Positions 25,780 to 36,881 are shown, counted from the whole stretch's first letter. The stretch is DNA of 60,619 nucleotides, filler included, from 3 parts of 3 records of this genome joined end to end with filler, not necessarily neighbours in it; one strand, 5' to 3'. Notes: generated from the sequence alone by a model not told the origin. Translations and numbers: made by a program.

Positions 25780-27429
25780 CTATCCGGTAAACCTACATGC
25801 AATGGGCATGCGCCATCCGGTACCGAAGGCCCTTGAGGTAATCTTAAGCCCAGGTGCGGCCTGCTTACGCTTGAACTCTGAAATCCTGATTAAGCGCAAT
25901 ACATGCTGTACAGTATCAGCATCAAATCCGGTTTCAGCAATAATTTCACTCTCCGCCTTATGGCCTTCCACCCGCAATTCGATAATCCGGTCCAGCACAT
26001 CATAAGGAGGTAATGAATCCTCATCCTTCTGGCCCGGACGAAGTTCTGCGGACGGCGGCTTCTCAATAATCGCCACCGGGATAACTTCCCCCCTGCCCTG
26101 TTCATTGAGCCAGCGGCAAACCCGGAAAACAAGGGTCTTATAGAGATCAGAGATAACCGCCAGACCTCCGGCCATATCGCCATAGATGGTGCAATAACCG
26201 ACAGCCAGTTCACTCTTGTTGCCGGTGGTGACTAGCAACGCGCCCATCTTGTTTGAAATTGCCATGACAAGGTTTCCGCGAATACGTGACTGGATATTCT
26301 CTTCAGTCACGTTGGCGGGCAAACCATCAAAGGTCGGCGCAAGGGACTCCTCAAATTGATTCATGAGTTTATCAATGGGGATGGTAGTGCAGTTAATGCC
26401 AATATTTTTGACCAGATCAAGGGAGTCATCAACACTGCCCTTGCTGGAATAAGGAGACGGCATGAGCACCCCGGTTACGTTCTCTGAACCGAGGGCCTCA
26501 GCAGCCACCGCAGCGGTCAGGGCAGAGTCAATACCACCAGAAAGACCAAGCACAACCTTACTGAATCCGGTCTTGCCTAAGTAATCGCGCAGCCCGAGAA
26601 CCATGGCCTGCCATGCCTCGGCTTCCTCACAAAAATCATCTTCCTCAATGACTCCTACAGAACAATCAGACTCAACAATGACCACGTCTTCTTTGAAACC
26701 GTGTCCGCGGGCAATCAGATTACCATCTGTATTGAAAGCGCAACTGCGTCCGTCAAAAACAAGATCATCATTACCGCCCACCTGATTGGCATAAAAGACC
26801 GGCACCTTATACTTGGAAGCAATATCGCCGAGGAGTTTTTCGCGAGTACGCTGCTTGCCAATGCTGAAAGGAGAAGCGGAAAGGTTGACCAGCACATCAG
26901 GATTCATATCCATAATCTGCGGAATGGGATTACTGCCGTAACGCCTTCCATTATGGTTTTCACGGTCATTCCAGACATCTTCACAGATGGTCACCCCGAT
27001 TTTCAGCCCGTCAAACTCAAAGAAATTTATATTTTCAGCAGGTTCGAAATAACGCTGCTCATCAAAGACATCATAGGTAGGCAGCAACCATTTATAAAAT
27101 ACTTTTGGAACAGCTCCATGCTCAATCAGCCACGCGGCATTGCGCAAAGGATTGCCGACTCCCTCATGGTTGAGGTCAACTCCCCCGGCCAAAAGGGCCA
27201 CGCCTTCAGGCATGCGCCGTGAAATTTCGGATACTGCTTCACGGCAACGGCAGACAAAATCCGCATTAAGCAACAGGTCCCGTGGAGGATATCCGGTCAG
27301 GGCAAGTTCGGAGGTAAGGCAGAGCCTTGCACCGCGTTCAGCGGCTCTTTTTACTCCGTCGAGGATGAGTTCCACGTTTCCTTCTAGATCGCCAACCGTC
27401 AGGTTGAACTGTAGCAGGGCTATTTTCAT
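25780..27429 (-). CDS. nadE: Glutamine-dependent NAD+ synthetase
   Basis: Nitrilase triad (SELALTGYPP, YKWLLPTYDVFDE, ICEDVW), LGLSGGIDS, ENIQSRIRG, KPPSAEL, SEFKRKQAAPG. Confidence 0.97.
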   Translation of the reverse strand: MKIALLQFNLTVGDLEGNVELILDGVKRAAERGARLCLTSELALTGYPPRDLLLNADFVCRCREAVSEISRRMPEGVALLAGGVDLNHEGVGNPLRNAAWLIEHGAVPKVFYKWLLPTYDVFDEQRYFEPAENINFFEFDGLKIGVTICEDVWNDRENHNGRRYGSNPIPQIMDMNPDVLVNLSASPFSIGKQRTREKLLGDIASKYKVPVFYANQVGGNDDLVFDGRSCAFNTDGNLIARGHGFKEDVVIVESDCSVGVIEEDDFCEEAEAWQAMVLGLRDYLGKTGFSKVVLGLSGGIDSALTAAVAAEALGSENVTGVLMPSPYSSKGSVDDSLDLVKNIGINCTTIPIDKLMNQFEESLAPTFDGLPANVTEENIQSRIRGNLVMAISNKMGALLVTTGNKSELAVGYCTIYGDMAGGLAVISDLYKTLVFRVCRWLNEQGRGEVIPVAIIEKPPSAELRPGQKDEDSLPPYDVLDRIIELRVEGHKAESEIIAETGFDADTVQHVLRLIRISEFKRKQAAPGLKITSRAFGTGWRMPIACRFTG

Positions 27430-27594
27430 TTATTCATGTCCGTCCTTAATCTATTTGGGATGGGGAGTATCTAACGCCTGAAAGAGTACTTGTCCATTGT
27501 CAGGAAACAAATAATTATCCCCTGTTCAGACTCTTTGCCTTGCACTGAATATGCTGGAATGCTAAACAGTTGTCTATCTATATAGCAGGATCAT

Positions 27595-28512
27595 GTGAAT
27601 TTGCCCAACCAATCAACCAACGGATTGAAATTGTTAAAAATAGATAAGGTACAAACCAGGATCGGAGTTCTGATCGTAGTCATCTCCTTAATTTCATTCG
27701 TTGTTTCAGGTGCATACGACTACAGTTCCATGCGCAGTAATATGCTGGACGAACTCAACCAAAAGGCTGACGGCCTTGTTGAGAGACTCTCCGAATCCCT
27801 GATTACGCCGCTCTGGAACGTTGACCAGGCAGCCATCAACCGTATCCTGCTTTCCGAAATGAACGACAAACGCATTAAGGCTATTCTGGTTACTGAAGAC
27901 AACGGTAACAATGTATTTGCCGGCAAAATACGCAATGAAACGTGGAATATAATCAATTTTAAAAGCTGGCCCATTGGCAAGTTCGTTAAGCGCAAAGCTG
28001 AAATATCAATCATGAACCAGCCCATCGGGGCCGTGGAAATATTCCTTTCCCCGAAATTTATAGATGATGAGCTATATCAGTCGCTCCTCAATTCACTACT
28101 GCGCACTATGCTGCTGGTTATCCTGATTAACCTCGCACTGTTTGTGACCATGCGCAGAATTCTCATTTCCCCCATCACCAAATTAAGCCAGACCGCCAGA
28201 CAGATTTCGCTTGATAAAAACTACAGTTCCCGGGTTAAAATTGAATGCAAAGGTGAAATGAAAAGCCTCATCAACAACTTTAACAACATGCTGCAACAGA
28301 TTGAAGAGCAGGACCTGAAACTCAAACAATACAGCGGGCAGCTGCAGGAAAAAATCCATCAAAGCAACAAGAACCTTGAAAAAAGCTACCGGGAACTCAA
28401 AATCATCAACCACGAACTGGAAATAGCCAAGGACGAAGCTGAAGCCGCTTCTAAATCAAAAAGTGAATTCATGGCCAATGTAAGCCATGAAATCCGCACC
28501 CCCATGAACGCC
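27595..28512 (+). CDS. Sensor histidine kinase, 5' fragment (TM-periplasmic-TM-HAMP-HisKA)
   Basis: Ends in KSEFMANVSHEIRTPMNA at the contig break. Confidence 0.9.
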
Positions 28513-28612
28513 NNNNNNNNNNNNNNNNNNNNNNNNNNNNNNNNNNNNNNNNNNNNTTAATTAATTAANNNNNNNNNNNNNNNNNNNNNNNNNNNNNNNN
28601 NNNNNNNNNNNN
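28513..28612. other. Artificial contig spacer
   Basis: 44 N + TTAATTAATTAA (stop codons in all six frames) + 44 N; abrupt GC change across it. Confidence 0.98.
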
Positions 28613-28613
28613 C

Positions 28614-28805
28614 GGGCTGGCGATTCCGATACTGCCCGACGGCCTGGAAACGCCGCTGTCCGAATGGCTCGGCTGGGACATGGCGCCGCGCGCAGCCTAC
28701 TTTTTGTACGGAGTCATCGCGGCGGTGATCGTCGTCGCGTTTCCGCGCACCGTCGCGGAGTCTTCCCACGAAAACAGGACCGAGGCAGATGGGCAGCCTG
28801 ATTGA
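28614..28805 (+). CDS. tctB: 3' fragment of a probable TctB protein
   Basis: GLAIPILP...hydrophobic helix...stop overlapping the tctA start; position directly before tctA. Confidence 0.6.
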   Translation, partial: GLAIPILPDGLETPLSEWLGWDMAPRAAYFLYGVIAAVIVVAFPRTVAESSHENRTEADGQPD

Positions 28806-30294
28806 TCACCTCGCACTCGGCTTCTCGGTCGCTTTCTCGCTGCAGAACGTCCTCCTGTGTCTGACCGGCGCCTTCGTCGGGACGCTGATCGGCGTGCTTC
28901 CGGGAATCGGCCCGCTGGCAACGATCGCCATTCTGCTTCCGATCACCTACAACGCCGATCCGACCGGCTCCCTGATCATGCTTTGCGGCATTTATTACGG
29001 CGCTCAGTACGGTGGATCCACCACGGCCATCCTGGTGAACATGCCGGGCGAGGCCTCCTCGGTCATCACCACGCTCGACGGTCACGAGATGGCCCGGAAA
29101 GGGCAGGCGGGCAAAGCGCTTGGCATTGCCGCAATCGGATCGTTCATCGCCGGCACGTTTGGCGTGTTGGTCGTCGCCGCCCTTGCCGTGCCACTGGCCA
29201 GCATTGCACTGAGCTTCGACGCCGGGAACTACTTCGCGCTGATGGTTCTCGGCCTGGCGCTCGCCATTGTCTTGGCCGGCGGATCCCTGCTGAAAGCCTT
29301 CGCGATGATGGTCCTCGGCATCCTTCTCGCCATGGTCGGCGCCGAGGAACGCACCGGCATCGCCCGCATGACCTTCGGCCTTCCCGAGCTTTACGACGGG
29401 CTCAGCGTCGCCATCGTCGCCATGGGCCTGTTCGGCATCGCCGAAGTTCTGCGCAACCTCGACCACACCGAAACGCGCCCGCCAATCCGGGCGACGGTTG
29501 GAAAGTTGCTGCCCGACTTGGATGACATGCGCCGGTCCGCCCCGGCCATCGGCCGCGGCTCGCTGCTCGGCTCGATTCTCGGCATCGTTCCGGGCAACGG
29601 CGTCATTCTGGCTTCTTTCGCCTCTTACGCCCTTGAAAAGAAGGTATCAAAAAACCCGGAACGTTTCGGCAAGGGTGCCATCGAAGGCGTTGCCGGACCG
29701 GAATCCGCCAACAACAGTGCCGCACAGACGGCATTCATCCCATTGCTGACGCTCGGGTTGCCGTCGACCGCCACGATGGCGCTGGTTGCCGGCGCCATGA
29801 TCCTGCACGGAATCCTGCCGGGGCCGCAGGTGCTCGAACTTCACCCGGACATGTTCTGGGGCGTCGTCACCTCGATGTGGATCGGCAACGCCATGCTTGT
29901 CATCATCAACCTGCCGCTGATCGGCGTCTGGGTACGCCTGCTTCGCGTTCCCTACCGCCTGCTGTTCCCGGCGATCGTACTTTTGTGCTGCATCGGTATC
30001 TATTCGGTGAACAACCGGCCGAGCGACCTCATCCAGGTCGGCGTCTTCGGCGTCATCGGCTTCCTGTTAACGAAGCTGAAGCTGGAACCGTCGCCACTGC
30101 TTCTCGGCTTCGTCCTGTCGCCCCTATTGGAGGACAATCTGCGGCGCGGCCTGGTGCTGAGCCACGGCAACGTGATTGAATTCCTCAATGCGCCACTCAC
30201 CCTCAGCCTCCTCGCCATCGCCGCATTGGGCGTGTTGTCGGCAGTGATGCCGAAAATGCGAAATCGCCGCGAGGCATACCTGGCCGACGACTAG
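28789..30294 (+). CDS. tctA: Tripartite tricarboxylate transporter permease
   Basis: [28 protein letters not shown]. Confidence 0.96.
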   Translation: MGSLIDHLALGFSVAFSLQNVLLCLTGAFVGTLIGVLPGIGPLATIAILLPITYNADPTGSLIMLCGIYYGAQYGGSTTAILVNMPGEASSVITTLDGHEMARKGQAGKALGIAAIGSFIAGTFGVLVVAALAVPLASIALSFDAGNYFALMVLGLALAIVLAGGSLLKAFAMMVLGILLAMVGAEERTGIARMTFGLPELYDGLSVAIVAMGLFGIAEVLRNLDHTETRPPIRATVGKLLPDLDDMRRSAPAIGRGSLLGSILGIVPGNGVILASFASYALEKKVSKNPERFGKGAIEGVAGPESANNSAAQTAFIPLLTLGLPSTATMALVAGAMILHGILPGPQVLELHPDMFWGVVTSMWIGNAMLVIINLPLIGVWVRLLRVPYRLLFPAIVLLCCIGIYSVNNRPSDLIQVGVFGVIGFLLTKLKLEPSPLLLGFVLSPLLEDNLRRGLVLSHGNVIEFLNAPLTLSLLAIAALGVLSAVMPKMRNRREAYLADD

Positions 30295-30568
30295 ATTGAA
30301 CCAGGCGAAGTCGCCGCCGAGCGCGCCACCGTATTGTTTCATTCACCGAAATAACGATGGATACCTCATCGGGGGGATGAGCGGCATGGTACAATTTATT
30401 CAATAATAACGAAAACGTATCCTGTTGTTTTTGTATACTCGGCATCGATCATACTTTGCCGGAATGGTGGTTTTTGTTCGATTTTTCTGACGTTTACTTC
30501 GATTTTCTGCCGATCGAACGAACGTTGCCCTGAAAAACGCAAACCGAAAAACCAGGAGGCTTACAAAT

Positions 30569-31585
30569 ATGAGGAACTCAATGCACAAACGCGGCGCCGC
30601 GCCGCGTGCGCTGTCGTTGGCCCGGAACGCCATTCTCGGCTTGGCGGCCATTCTGGCGGCTTCGTTGGCGCTGGCTCCCGTCGCCCAGGCCGCCGAATAC
30701 CCGATCAAGCCGATTAAAGTGATTGTGCCGTTCGGTGCCGGTGGCGGCACCGACGTTCTGACCCGCATCTGGAGCGACGCCATCGGCAAGAGGCTGAACC
30801 AGCGCATCCTTGTCGAGAACATTTCCGGCGCATCGGGCGCCATCGGCACAAAAGCCGGTATCGAGTCCGACCCGGACGGCTACAACTTTCTCATGGGCGT
30901 CGGCTCGACGATGGCCATCAACCCCGCCACCAAGGCAAACCTCGGATACACCCACAAAGACGTGCAACCCATCGCCATCATCGGGTTCTCGCCCTGGCTG
31001 ATGGTCGTTTCCTCGAAACTGCCGATCAAAAGCGTCAAGGAGTTGATCGATTACGGCAAGGCGCACCCGGGCAAGTTGACCTACCCGGCCTGGTCGGGCA
31101 CCGGCGAGTTGGGGCGCAAGCTGTTCGTACTGCGCACCGGCGTCGACATCATGTCCGTCCCCTATAAGGGCGGCGTCGCCGCGATCACCGACCTCGTGGC
31201 CGGCCGTGCGTCGATGGTGATGATGGACGTGTCGCAAGCGTGGCCGCACATCGAATCCGGCGCCTTAAGGCCGCTGGCGATGACGAGCACACAGCGCACG
31301 CCGGTCCTTCCCGACGTTCCGTCGATCGTGGAAGCCGGAGTCGATAATTTCGACGTAACGTCCTTCGTCGTGTTGTTCGCGCCGCTCGGCGTTCCGAACG
31401 ACATCATCGAGAAAATGAACAAGGAAACGCGTGCCGCCCTCAATGATCCCGAGATCGTGAAAAAGTTCGAGACTCTCGGCGCCCAGGTGAAGGACTGGGA
31501 TGTCGCGGAAACGACGAAATTCGTATCCGGACAGGCGGAACGCTGGGCCAAGGTGGTGGCGGAAATCAAAGCCAAGGGAATGTAA
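30569..31585 (+). CDS. tctC: TTT substrate-binding protein (Bug/TctC)
   Basis: Signal peptide, YPIKPIKVIVPFGAGGGTD, VPYKGG. Confidence 0.95.
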   Translation: MRNSMHKRGAAPRALSLARNAILGLAAILAASLALAPVAQAAEYPIKPIKVIVPFGAGGGTDVLTRIWSDAIGKRLNQRILVENISGASGAIGTKAGIESDPDGYNFLMGVGSTMAINPATKANLGYTHKDVQPIAIIGFSPWLMVVSSKLPIKSVKELIDYGKAHPGKLTYPAWSGTGELGRKLFVLRTGVDIMSVPYKGGVAAITDLVAGRASMVMMDVSQAWPHIESGALRPLAMTSTQRTPVLPDVPSIVEAGVDNFDVTSFVVLFAPLGVPNDIIEKMNKETRAALNDPEIVKKFETLGAQVKDWDVAETTKFVSGQAERWAKVVAEIKAKGM

Positions 31586-31652
31586 ACGCCATCCGATGCC
31601 TCTGTAGCTTGAGATCCAAGGCCGGTAATCCCTGACTGGCCCCGACAAATGG

Positions 31653-31685
31653 CCCGCCCCATCCCGAAATCGCGGATGGGGCGGG
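31653..31685 (+). terminator. Hairpin/terminator after tctC
   Basis: CCCGCCCCATCC / GGATGGGGCGGG. Confidence 0.6.
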
Positions 31686-31746
31686 TAACTTTCAAACGCC
31701 TTCCGGGCAGCGTATCCTGACGCGAAAGACGCAAGGAATTCCCAGA

Positions 31747-32901
31747 ATGGCCCATCGGTTCGACCCGCCACGGCCGGCGCGCAACGCCGAGCACAGCATC
31801 GTCTATCGCAACGACACCGAGTTTTGCGGTTGGCCCTTCTATTGCGGACTTTGGAAGGTCCCGGACGGCGATCTCGTCGTCGGATTCAAGCGGATCGCCA
31901 ATGCCTATAGCGAGCCCGGCGATGTCGTCCACACGAAACTGACCGTCGGGCAGGGCGAGCTGCACCTGATCCGCTCGCGGGACAACGGGCGGTCATGGGA
32001 TCCCAAATCCCTGCAGCCGGTCTTTAGGCTCGGCACGACGATCGACGAAATCGACGCGCTCGGACCTCAGGATTATTCGGACGAAGGGCCGCTCGATTTC
32101 CAGGACGGCAATGTCCTGATCATGTCCGGCGCGGTTCCGGCGCTGCTGAAACCGAACAGCCGCGCGTGGCTGCGCGCCTCGACCGACGGCGGACACACAT
32201 GGCGGCGCCCTATCCTGCTGCCGCTTGGCGGCCTCGGCTCGCTGACCGGGCACGGGTCCTCGATGGTCCGTGCCGACGGCATGAACCTCCTGGGTTTTAC
32301 GACGACAACGCCCGACGGCTGGACCAACCGCCCGCTTGTCTACGCCAGCACCGACGGTATGGATTGGCGTTTCCTGTCGTTCATCACGCCGCTCGGCGAC
32401 GACGGGTCGGCCACCAGCGACCGCGCCGGCCCCGTTATCTTCGGCGCCATCCGGTATTTCTATCCACGGCTCATTGCCCTGGCCGACGGGCGAATCCTGG
32501 CATCCGTCCGATTCCAACGCGACGCCCGCGACGTGATCTGGACCGACATGTTCGAAAGCGAGGACGGTGGCCGGACCTGGCATTTCCTTTCGCGCATCAA
32601 CGACTGGGGAGCCCCCGGCGACATCGTCGAAATGCGCGACGGACGGATCGTCTGCGTCTACGGATACCGGGTACGGCCTCAGGGCGTGCGCGCCCGGGTC
32701 AGCGAGGACGGCGGCCGCACGTGGGCGTCGGAAATTGTGCTCCGGGACGACGGCGGCAGTTGGGACCTCGGCTACCCCCGGGTCGTCGAGCACGAAGACG
32801 GGCGGCTGCTCACCGTCTACTACATGAACTGCAAGGACGATCCGATCCAGATGAACGGCGGCGTGCGCCATATCGCACAGACGGTATTCACCCCCGACTA
32901 A
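31747..32901 (+). CDS. Asp-box (BNR) beta-propeller, sialidase-fold protein, copy 1
   Basis: SRDNGRSW, STDGGHTW, SEDGGRTW x2, WDLGYP; no signal peptide. Confidence 0.88.
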   Translation: MAHRFDPPRPARNAEHSIVYRNDTEFCGWPFYCGLWKVPDGDLVVGFKRIANAYSEPGDVVHTKLTVGQGELHLIRSRDNGRSWDPKSLQPVFRLGTTIDEIDALGPQDYSDEGPLDFQDGNVLIMSGAVPALLKPNSRAWLRASTDGGHTWRRPILLPLGGLGSLTGHGSSMVRADGMNLLGFTTTTPDGWTNRPLVYASTDGMDWRFLSFITPLGDDGSATSDRAGPVIFGAIRYFYPRLIALADGRILASVRFQRDARDVIWTDMFESEDGGRTWHFLSRINDWGAPGDIVEMRDGRIVCVYGYRVRPQGVRARVSEDGGRTWASEIVLRDDGGSWDLGYPRVVEHEDGRLLTVYYMNCKDDPIQMNGGVRHIAQTVFTPD

Positions 32902-32944
32902 GCCGAGGATCCATTAACGGAATTGGGGATCGTTTCGCGGCACT

Positions 32945-33754
32945 TTATAGGGATGTCCGAAGCGGATCGGCGCTTTCCGGGATATATCCCAGCGTCTGCG
33001 AAATCCTGCTGGCCGCTTTCAGAACTTCGTCAACCTGCTCCTTGGTTGGCTGCTCGTGGATGAATTGGATCGAATCGATGATGGCTATCGTACCGACCAG
33101 GGCGTTGCTGCCGTCGAAGACCGGCGACGCCAGGGCATTGACTCCGAGCAACGCCTGGTTGGGAGCAACCGCCCACCCTTGCCGGCGAATTCGTTCCAGT
33201 TCGTCGCGCAGTTTGCTGACGCTGACGATGGTGTCCGGCGTTTCCATCGACAGCCTGGACCGCAATACGCGGGCGCGCAATTCTTCGGGGCCGAAAGCCA
33301 GTGCCACCCTGCCCTGGGCCGTGGAATGGAATCTCAGCAGCGATCCCTGCTTGACGCCGGTTTCGTAGATCGACTTCCCCGAGAGCGAAGAGATGGCGCG
33401 CAATCCCCCGCTTTCGAGGCGGCAGATAACCGCCGTATGGCCGAGGGCATTCCGCAGGTCGTGCAGGACGTCGCGCGCCGCGGACAACAGATCGAAATTT
33501 TCGCCGACATTGCGGCCGAGCGCGATCAGGCGGGTGCCGATACGATAGCGTTCCTTTTCTTCCGCCTGAACGATGTAACCCAGCCGCACCAACGTGCGCA
33601 GATAGCGGAATATCCGGCTTTTAGAGGTGTTTAGGGCACGCGCCAAAGCCGTTACGCCGATAGGTTCGCGCTTCGAAGCCAGGTGTTCCAGTATGTCGAC
33701 CACCATGACGACGGCCTGGATGTCATCCGATCCGGTCTTTTTCGTCTCTGGCAT
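32945..33754 (-). CDS. IclR-family transcriptional regulator
   Basis: N-terminal HTH GVTALARALNTSKSRIFRYL; HSTAQGRVALAF. Confidence 0.93.
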   Translation of the reverse strand: MPETKKTGSDDIQAVVMVVDILEHLASKREPIGVTALARALNTSKSRIFRYLRTLVRLGYIVQAEEKERYRIGTRLIALGRNVGENFDLLSAARDVLHDLRNALGHTAVICRLESGGLRAISSLSGKSIYETGVKQGSLLRFHSTAQGRVALAFGPEELRARVLRSRLSMETPDTIVSVSKLRDELERIRRQGWAVAPNQALLGVNALASPVFDGSNALVGTIAIIDSIQFIHEQPTKEQVDEVLKAASRISQTLGYIPESADPLRTSL

Positions 33755-33895
33755 CCAATGCTCCGTATCCGCGGGACGAATTCAGCCTGTTCCCCGCACG
33801 CCGGCGTCAACAAACAGCATTAATTTCCGTCGCGCAAACGTTTTCCGGTTCATTGCCCGGCCGGCAAGCGTTGCGCGCCCGTTGGGGTGCCACCG

Positions 33896-35170
33896 TCAGT
33901 CCGCGAACGCACCGGGCAGGGTTAGCGTGATTTCAGGAACCAGTGCCACCAAGGCAAGGATGATCAAGCTGACCCCGATGAGCGGATACGCATGGCGGCT
34001 GACCTCAACCAGGGATCGGCCGGAAATCGCGCAGACGATAAACATGCACACCCCCACCGGCGGCGTCGCCATGCCGATCACCACGTTCAACACCACCATG
34101 GAGCCGAATTGGATCATGTTCATTTCGAGCAGTTGCTGAATCTGCAGAAGGATCGGCATCGTCAGAATCAGGATCGTGACCGGCTCCAGAAACATTCCCA
34201 GCAAAAGGAGAATGCAGTTCAAGAGCAAAAGAATGACGTACTTGTTCTCGCTGATCGCAAGGATACCGGCGGCGATCTTGGCCGGAACCTGCTCGAGGGC
34301 GAATACGAAGGAAACGATGTTGGCCATCGATACGATGAACATCAGCGCCGCCGTGATAACGGCCGTCGCCACCAGAGCCTCCCACGCCTTCCGCAGTGTG
34401 AGGTCGCGGTACGCAAAACCGACGATGAGCCCGTACACGGCCGCCACGGCGGCCGATTCCGTGGGCGTGAAGGCGCCGCTCTTGATTCCGACAACGATGA
34501 TCAGTGGCAGTCCCATCGCCGGAAGCGTGCGAATCCCGACGCTCATCCGTTCGCGCCACGACGTCTTGGCGGTGATGGGGAGGCCAAGCCGTTTGGCCTT
34601 CCTGGAAGCATAGATCAGAAGGCCCCCGCACAGGAGGATGCCGGGCACGACACCGGCCAGGAAAAGCTGGCCGATAGAGGCACTCGCCAACACGCCGAAA
34701 ATGATCACCGTGATGCTGGGCGGAATGATCGGGCCGATGATGGCGCTGACGCCGACCAGGGCCGCGGCGTAGGCGGCCGGAATGCCCTGGCGGCTCATCG
34801 CCGGAATGAGGATGGAGCCGAGCGCCGAGGCCTCGGCGGCCGCACTTCCCGAAACCCCCGCGAACAGGCCGCTCGCCAGCACGGTCACCCCGGACATCCC
34901 GCCGCGCCGATGACCGACCATGGCCCGCGCGAAATTGATGACGCGATCCGTGATCCCGCCGACGTTCATCAGGTTGCCGGCCAAAATGAACAGCGGAATC
35001 GTCAGCAGCACGAAATTGTCGATTCCACCCAACATCCGCTGCGGAAAGGCCAGGATCAGCGGGGCGTTGCCGGTAAGGAAAAGATAGAACATCCCGCCCA
35101 CGCCCAACGCCAACGCGATGGGAACGCCCGAGGCCAGAAACATGAGAAAGATGCTTAGGAAAACTCCCAT
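33896..35170 (-). CDS. dctM: TRAP transporter large permease
   Basis: IPLFILAG, GSAAAEA, IIPPS, TPTE, TPPVG. Confidence 0.95.
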   Translation of the reverse strand: MGVFLSIFLMFLASGVPIALALGVGGMFYLFLTGNAPLILAFPQRMLGGIDNFVLLTIPLFILAGNLMNVGGITDRVINFARAMVGHRRGGMSGVTVLASGLFAGVSGSAAAEASALGSILIPAMSRQGIPAAYAAALVGVSAIIGPIIPPSITVIIFGVLASASIGQLFLAGVVPGILLCGGLLIYASRKAKRLGLPITAKTSWRERMSVGIRTLPAMGLPLIIVVGIKSGAFTPTESAAVAAVYGLIVGFAYRDLTLRKAWEALVATAVITAALMFIVSMANIVSFVFALEQVPAKIAAGILAISENKYVILLLLNCILLLLGMFLEPVTILILTMPILLQIQQLLEMNMIQFGSMVVLNVVIGMATPPVGVCMFIVCAISGRSLVEVSRHAYPLIGVSLIILALVALVPEITLTLPGAFAD

Positions 35171-35184
35171 TTCGGATGCTCAGT

Positions 35185-35766
35185 TCAATCTTGAGGGGTT
35201 GGCGCGGGCGTCTCGGATTTCCGGAAAAACTGCGCCCATACTTCCACTACCGCGGCAACCACGATATGGGTCAACAGCAGCCCCGACCCGATGGAAACGG
35301 AGACGTACAACCAGAATATGGAAATGTTCGGATCGACGCCGCCGTCTACGATCGAGTTCCAGATGAAATTGAAGGCGGGAATGATCTGTGCTTTGAGACG
35401 AAAGGCGAAATCGTACCCGTTGATCGTCATGTAGACGAGAAAGATGCTGATGGGGACAGCCATGATGCATTGCAGGACGGCATGAACGCGCTTGGGCAGT
35501 ACAAGGGTCACGGCGTCGACGGCGATGAGTTGCCCACGGTGGTACGATATCCCGATCATAAAGAACGTGATCCAGATGAGGAGGTACCGGCACAACTCTT
35601 CGGCCCAGATGAGCGAGGCATTAAATCCGTAACGCAAGAGGACCTGGAACGCCATGATGACGACGAGGATCCCCATCAAGGCGCCGCCCAGCGTCTCGAA
35701 GAAGGCAAAATACCACCGCACGACGGCGGGTGCCGGCACGCTTGTTTGAGGCTCGGCGTCCAACAT
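35185..35766 (-). CDS. dctQ: TRAP transporter small permease
   Basis: QVLLRY...WAEELCRYLLIW; 4 TM segments. Confidence 0.92.
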   Translation of the reverse strand: MLDAEPQTSVPAPAVVRWYFAFFETLGGALMGILVVIMAFQVLLRYGFNASLIWAEELCRYLLIWITFFMIGISYHRGQLIAVDAVTLVLPKRVHAVLQCIMAVPISIFLVYMTINGYDFAFRLKAQIIPAFNFIWNSIVDGGVDPNISIFWLYVSVSIGSGLLLTHIVVAAVVEVWAQFFRKSETPAPTPQD

Positions 35767-35879
35767 TCATGCTGTCCCGTACGAGGAAATAAGGCGCCCG
35801 CCCGGATCACCACGTCAACAAAATCACAACCGATGATGGCCGTCAATTCCGGTGACGATCCGGGCGGGCAGGTTTCGTG

Positions 35880-36881
35880 CTAGCCGAGTGACTTCGCCAC
35901 TTCGATGAATTCGGCGATCAACGGATCCTTCTTGCCCCACTCGGCAAGAATCGGCTCCATGCGCTTTTTCATTTTCGGAAGGTCTTCAAGCTCGCCGAGG
36001 ATCTTGACACCCTTTTCCTGGATCCATGCACGGCCTTCGAGATCGAGTTTCTTCGAGTAAGCCATGGCCGGAGACACCGTTTCCTCGGCCGCCTCGATGA
36101 TGGCTTGCCGTATTTCGGCCGGATATCCTTCCAGGGCCTTCTTGTTGGCCATCATCACGGCCGGCCAGAAGTAATGACCGGTAAGCGTGAAGTATTTACC
36201 GGATTCCCACAGGTTCTCGCTGATAACCGAGGAAACGTTGATCTCCACCGCGTCGATGACCTTGGTCTGAAGCCCGCCATAGACCTCCGCGTAGGCCATG
36301 CCGATGGGGGTCGTACCGACCGCTTCCCAGGTCGCCTTGTGCAGGGGAACCGGAACGATGCGCACCTTCAGGCCCTCGAAATCGGCCGTCTTGTAGACCG
36401 GCTTTTCTGTGGACAGGAAATGGCGTTGCCCGACATCGAAGATGTTCAGGCCGACAATCCCGGTGCCCCCCAGATCTGCGAAGATCTTTTTGGTGATATC
36501 CGCCTTGGCGATCTTCTCGAACGCCTCGTAGGTGTTGAGCAGGAACGGAAGCTGATAGCAATCCATTGCCGGACGGCCGGTGACCAGCGGGAAAAGAATT
36601 CCGCCCGAAATGGCGATATCCTGAGTTCCGGCGATGGTTTGTTCGAGAAGTTCCTTATCGCCGCCAAGCTGGCGGTTCGGGAAAATCTGAACCTCTATAG
36701 CGCCCGGAATTTTCGCCTCGAGGATTTTCTTGAAGGTATTGGCGGCGAAACCGGTCGGATGGATTTCCGGTGTGGTATGGGGCAAACGCAACTTCATCGG
36801 AGCTGCACGCAGAATATTCGGCGCCGCAAGAACACACGCACCCGCAGCGGCAGATGTAATCAATGAACGCCTTGTAAGCAT
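35880..36881 (-). CDS. dctP: TRAP substrate-binding protein with Tat signal
   Basis: MLTRRSLI Tat motif, FPNRQLG, GLKVRI, EVYGGLQTKVIDA. Confidence 0.93.
   Translation of the reverse strand: MLTRRSLITSAAAGACVLAAPNILRAAPMKLRLPHTTPEIHPTGFAANTFKKILEAKIPGAIEVQIFPNRQLGGDKELLEQTIAGTQDIAISGGILFPLVTGRPAMDCYQLPFLLNTYEAFEKIAKADITKKIFADLGGTGIVGLNIFDVGQRHFLSTEKPVYKTADFEGLKVRIVPVPLHKATWEAVGTTPIGMAYAEVYGGLQTKVIDAVEINVSSVISENLWESGKYFTLTGHYFWPAVMMANKKALEGYPAEIRQAIIEAAEETVSPAMAYSKKLDLEGRAWIQEKGVKILGELEDLPKMKKRMEPILAEWGKKDPLIAEFIEVAKSLG

Noticed and set aside
28557-28568. TTAATTAATTAA palindrome (also 51690-51701) as a biological site
   Set aside because: Centred in N runs; a standard six-frame-stop linker
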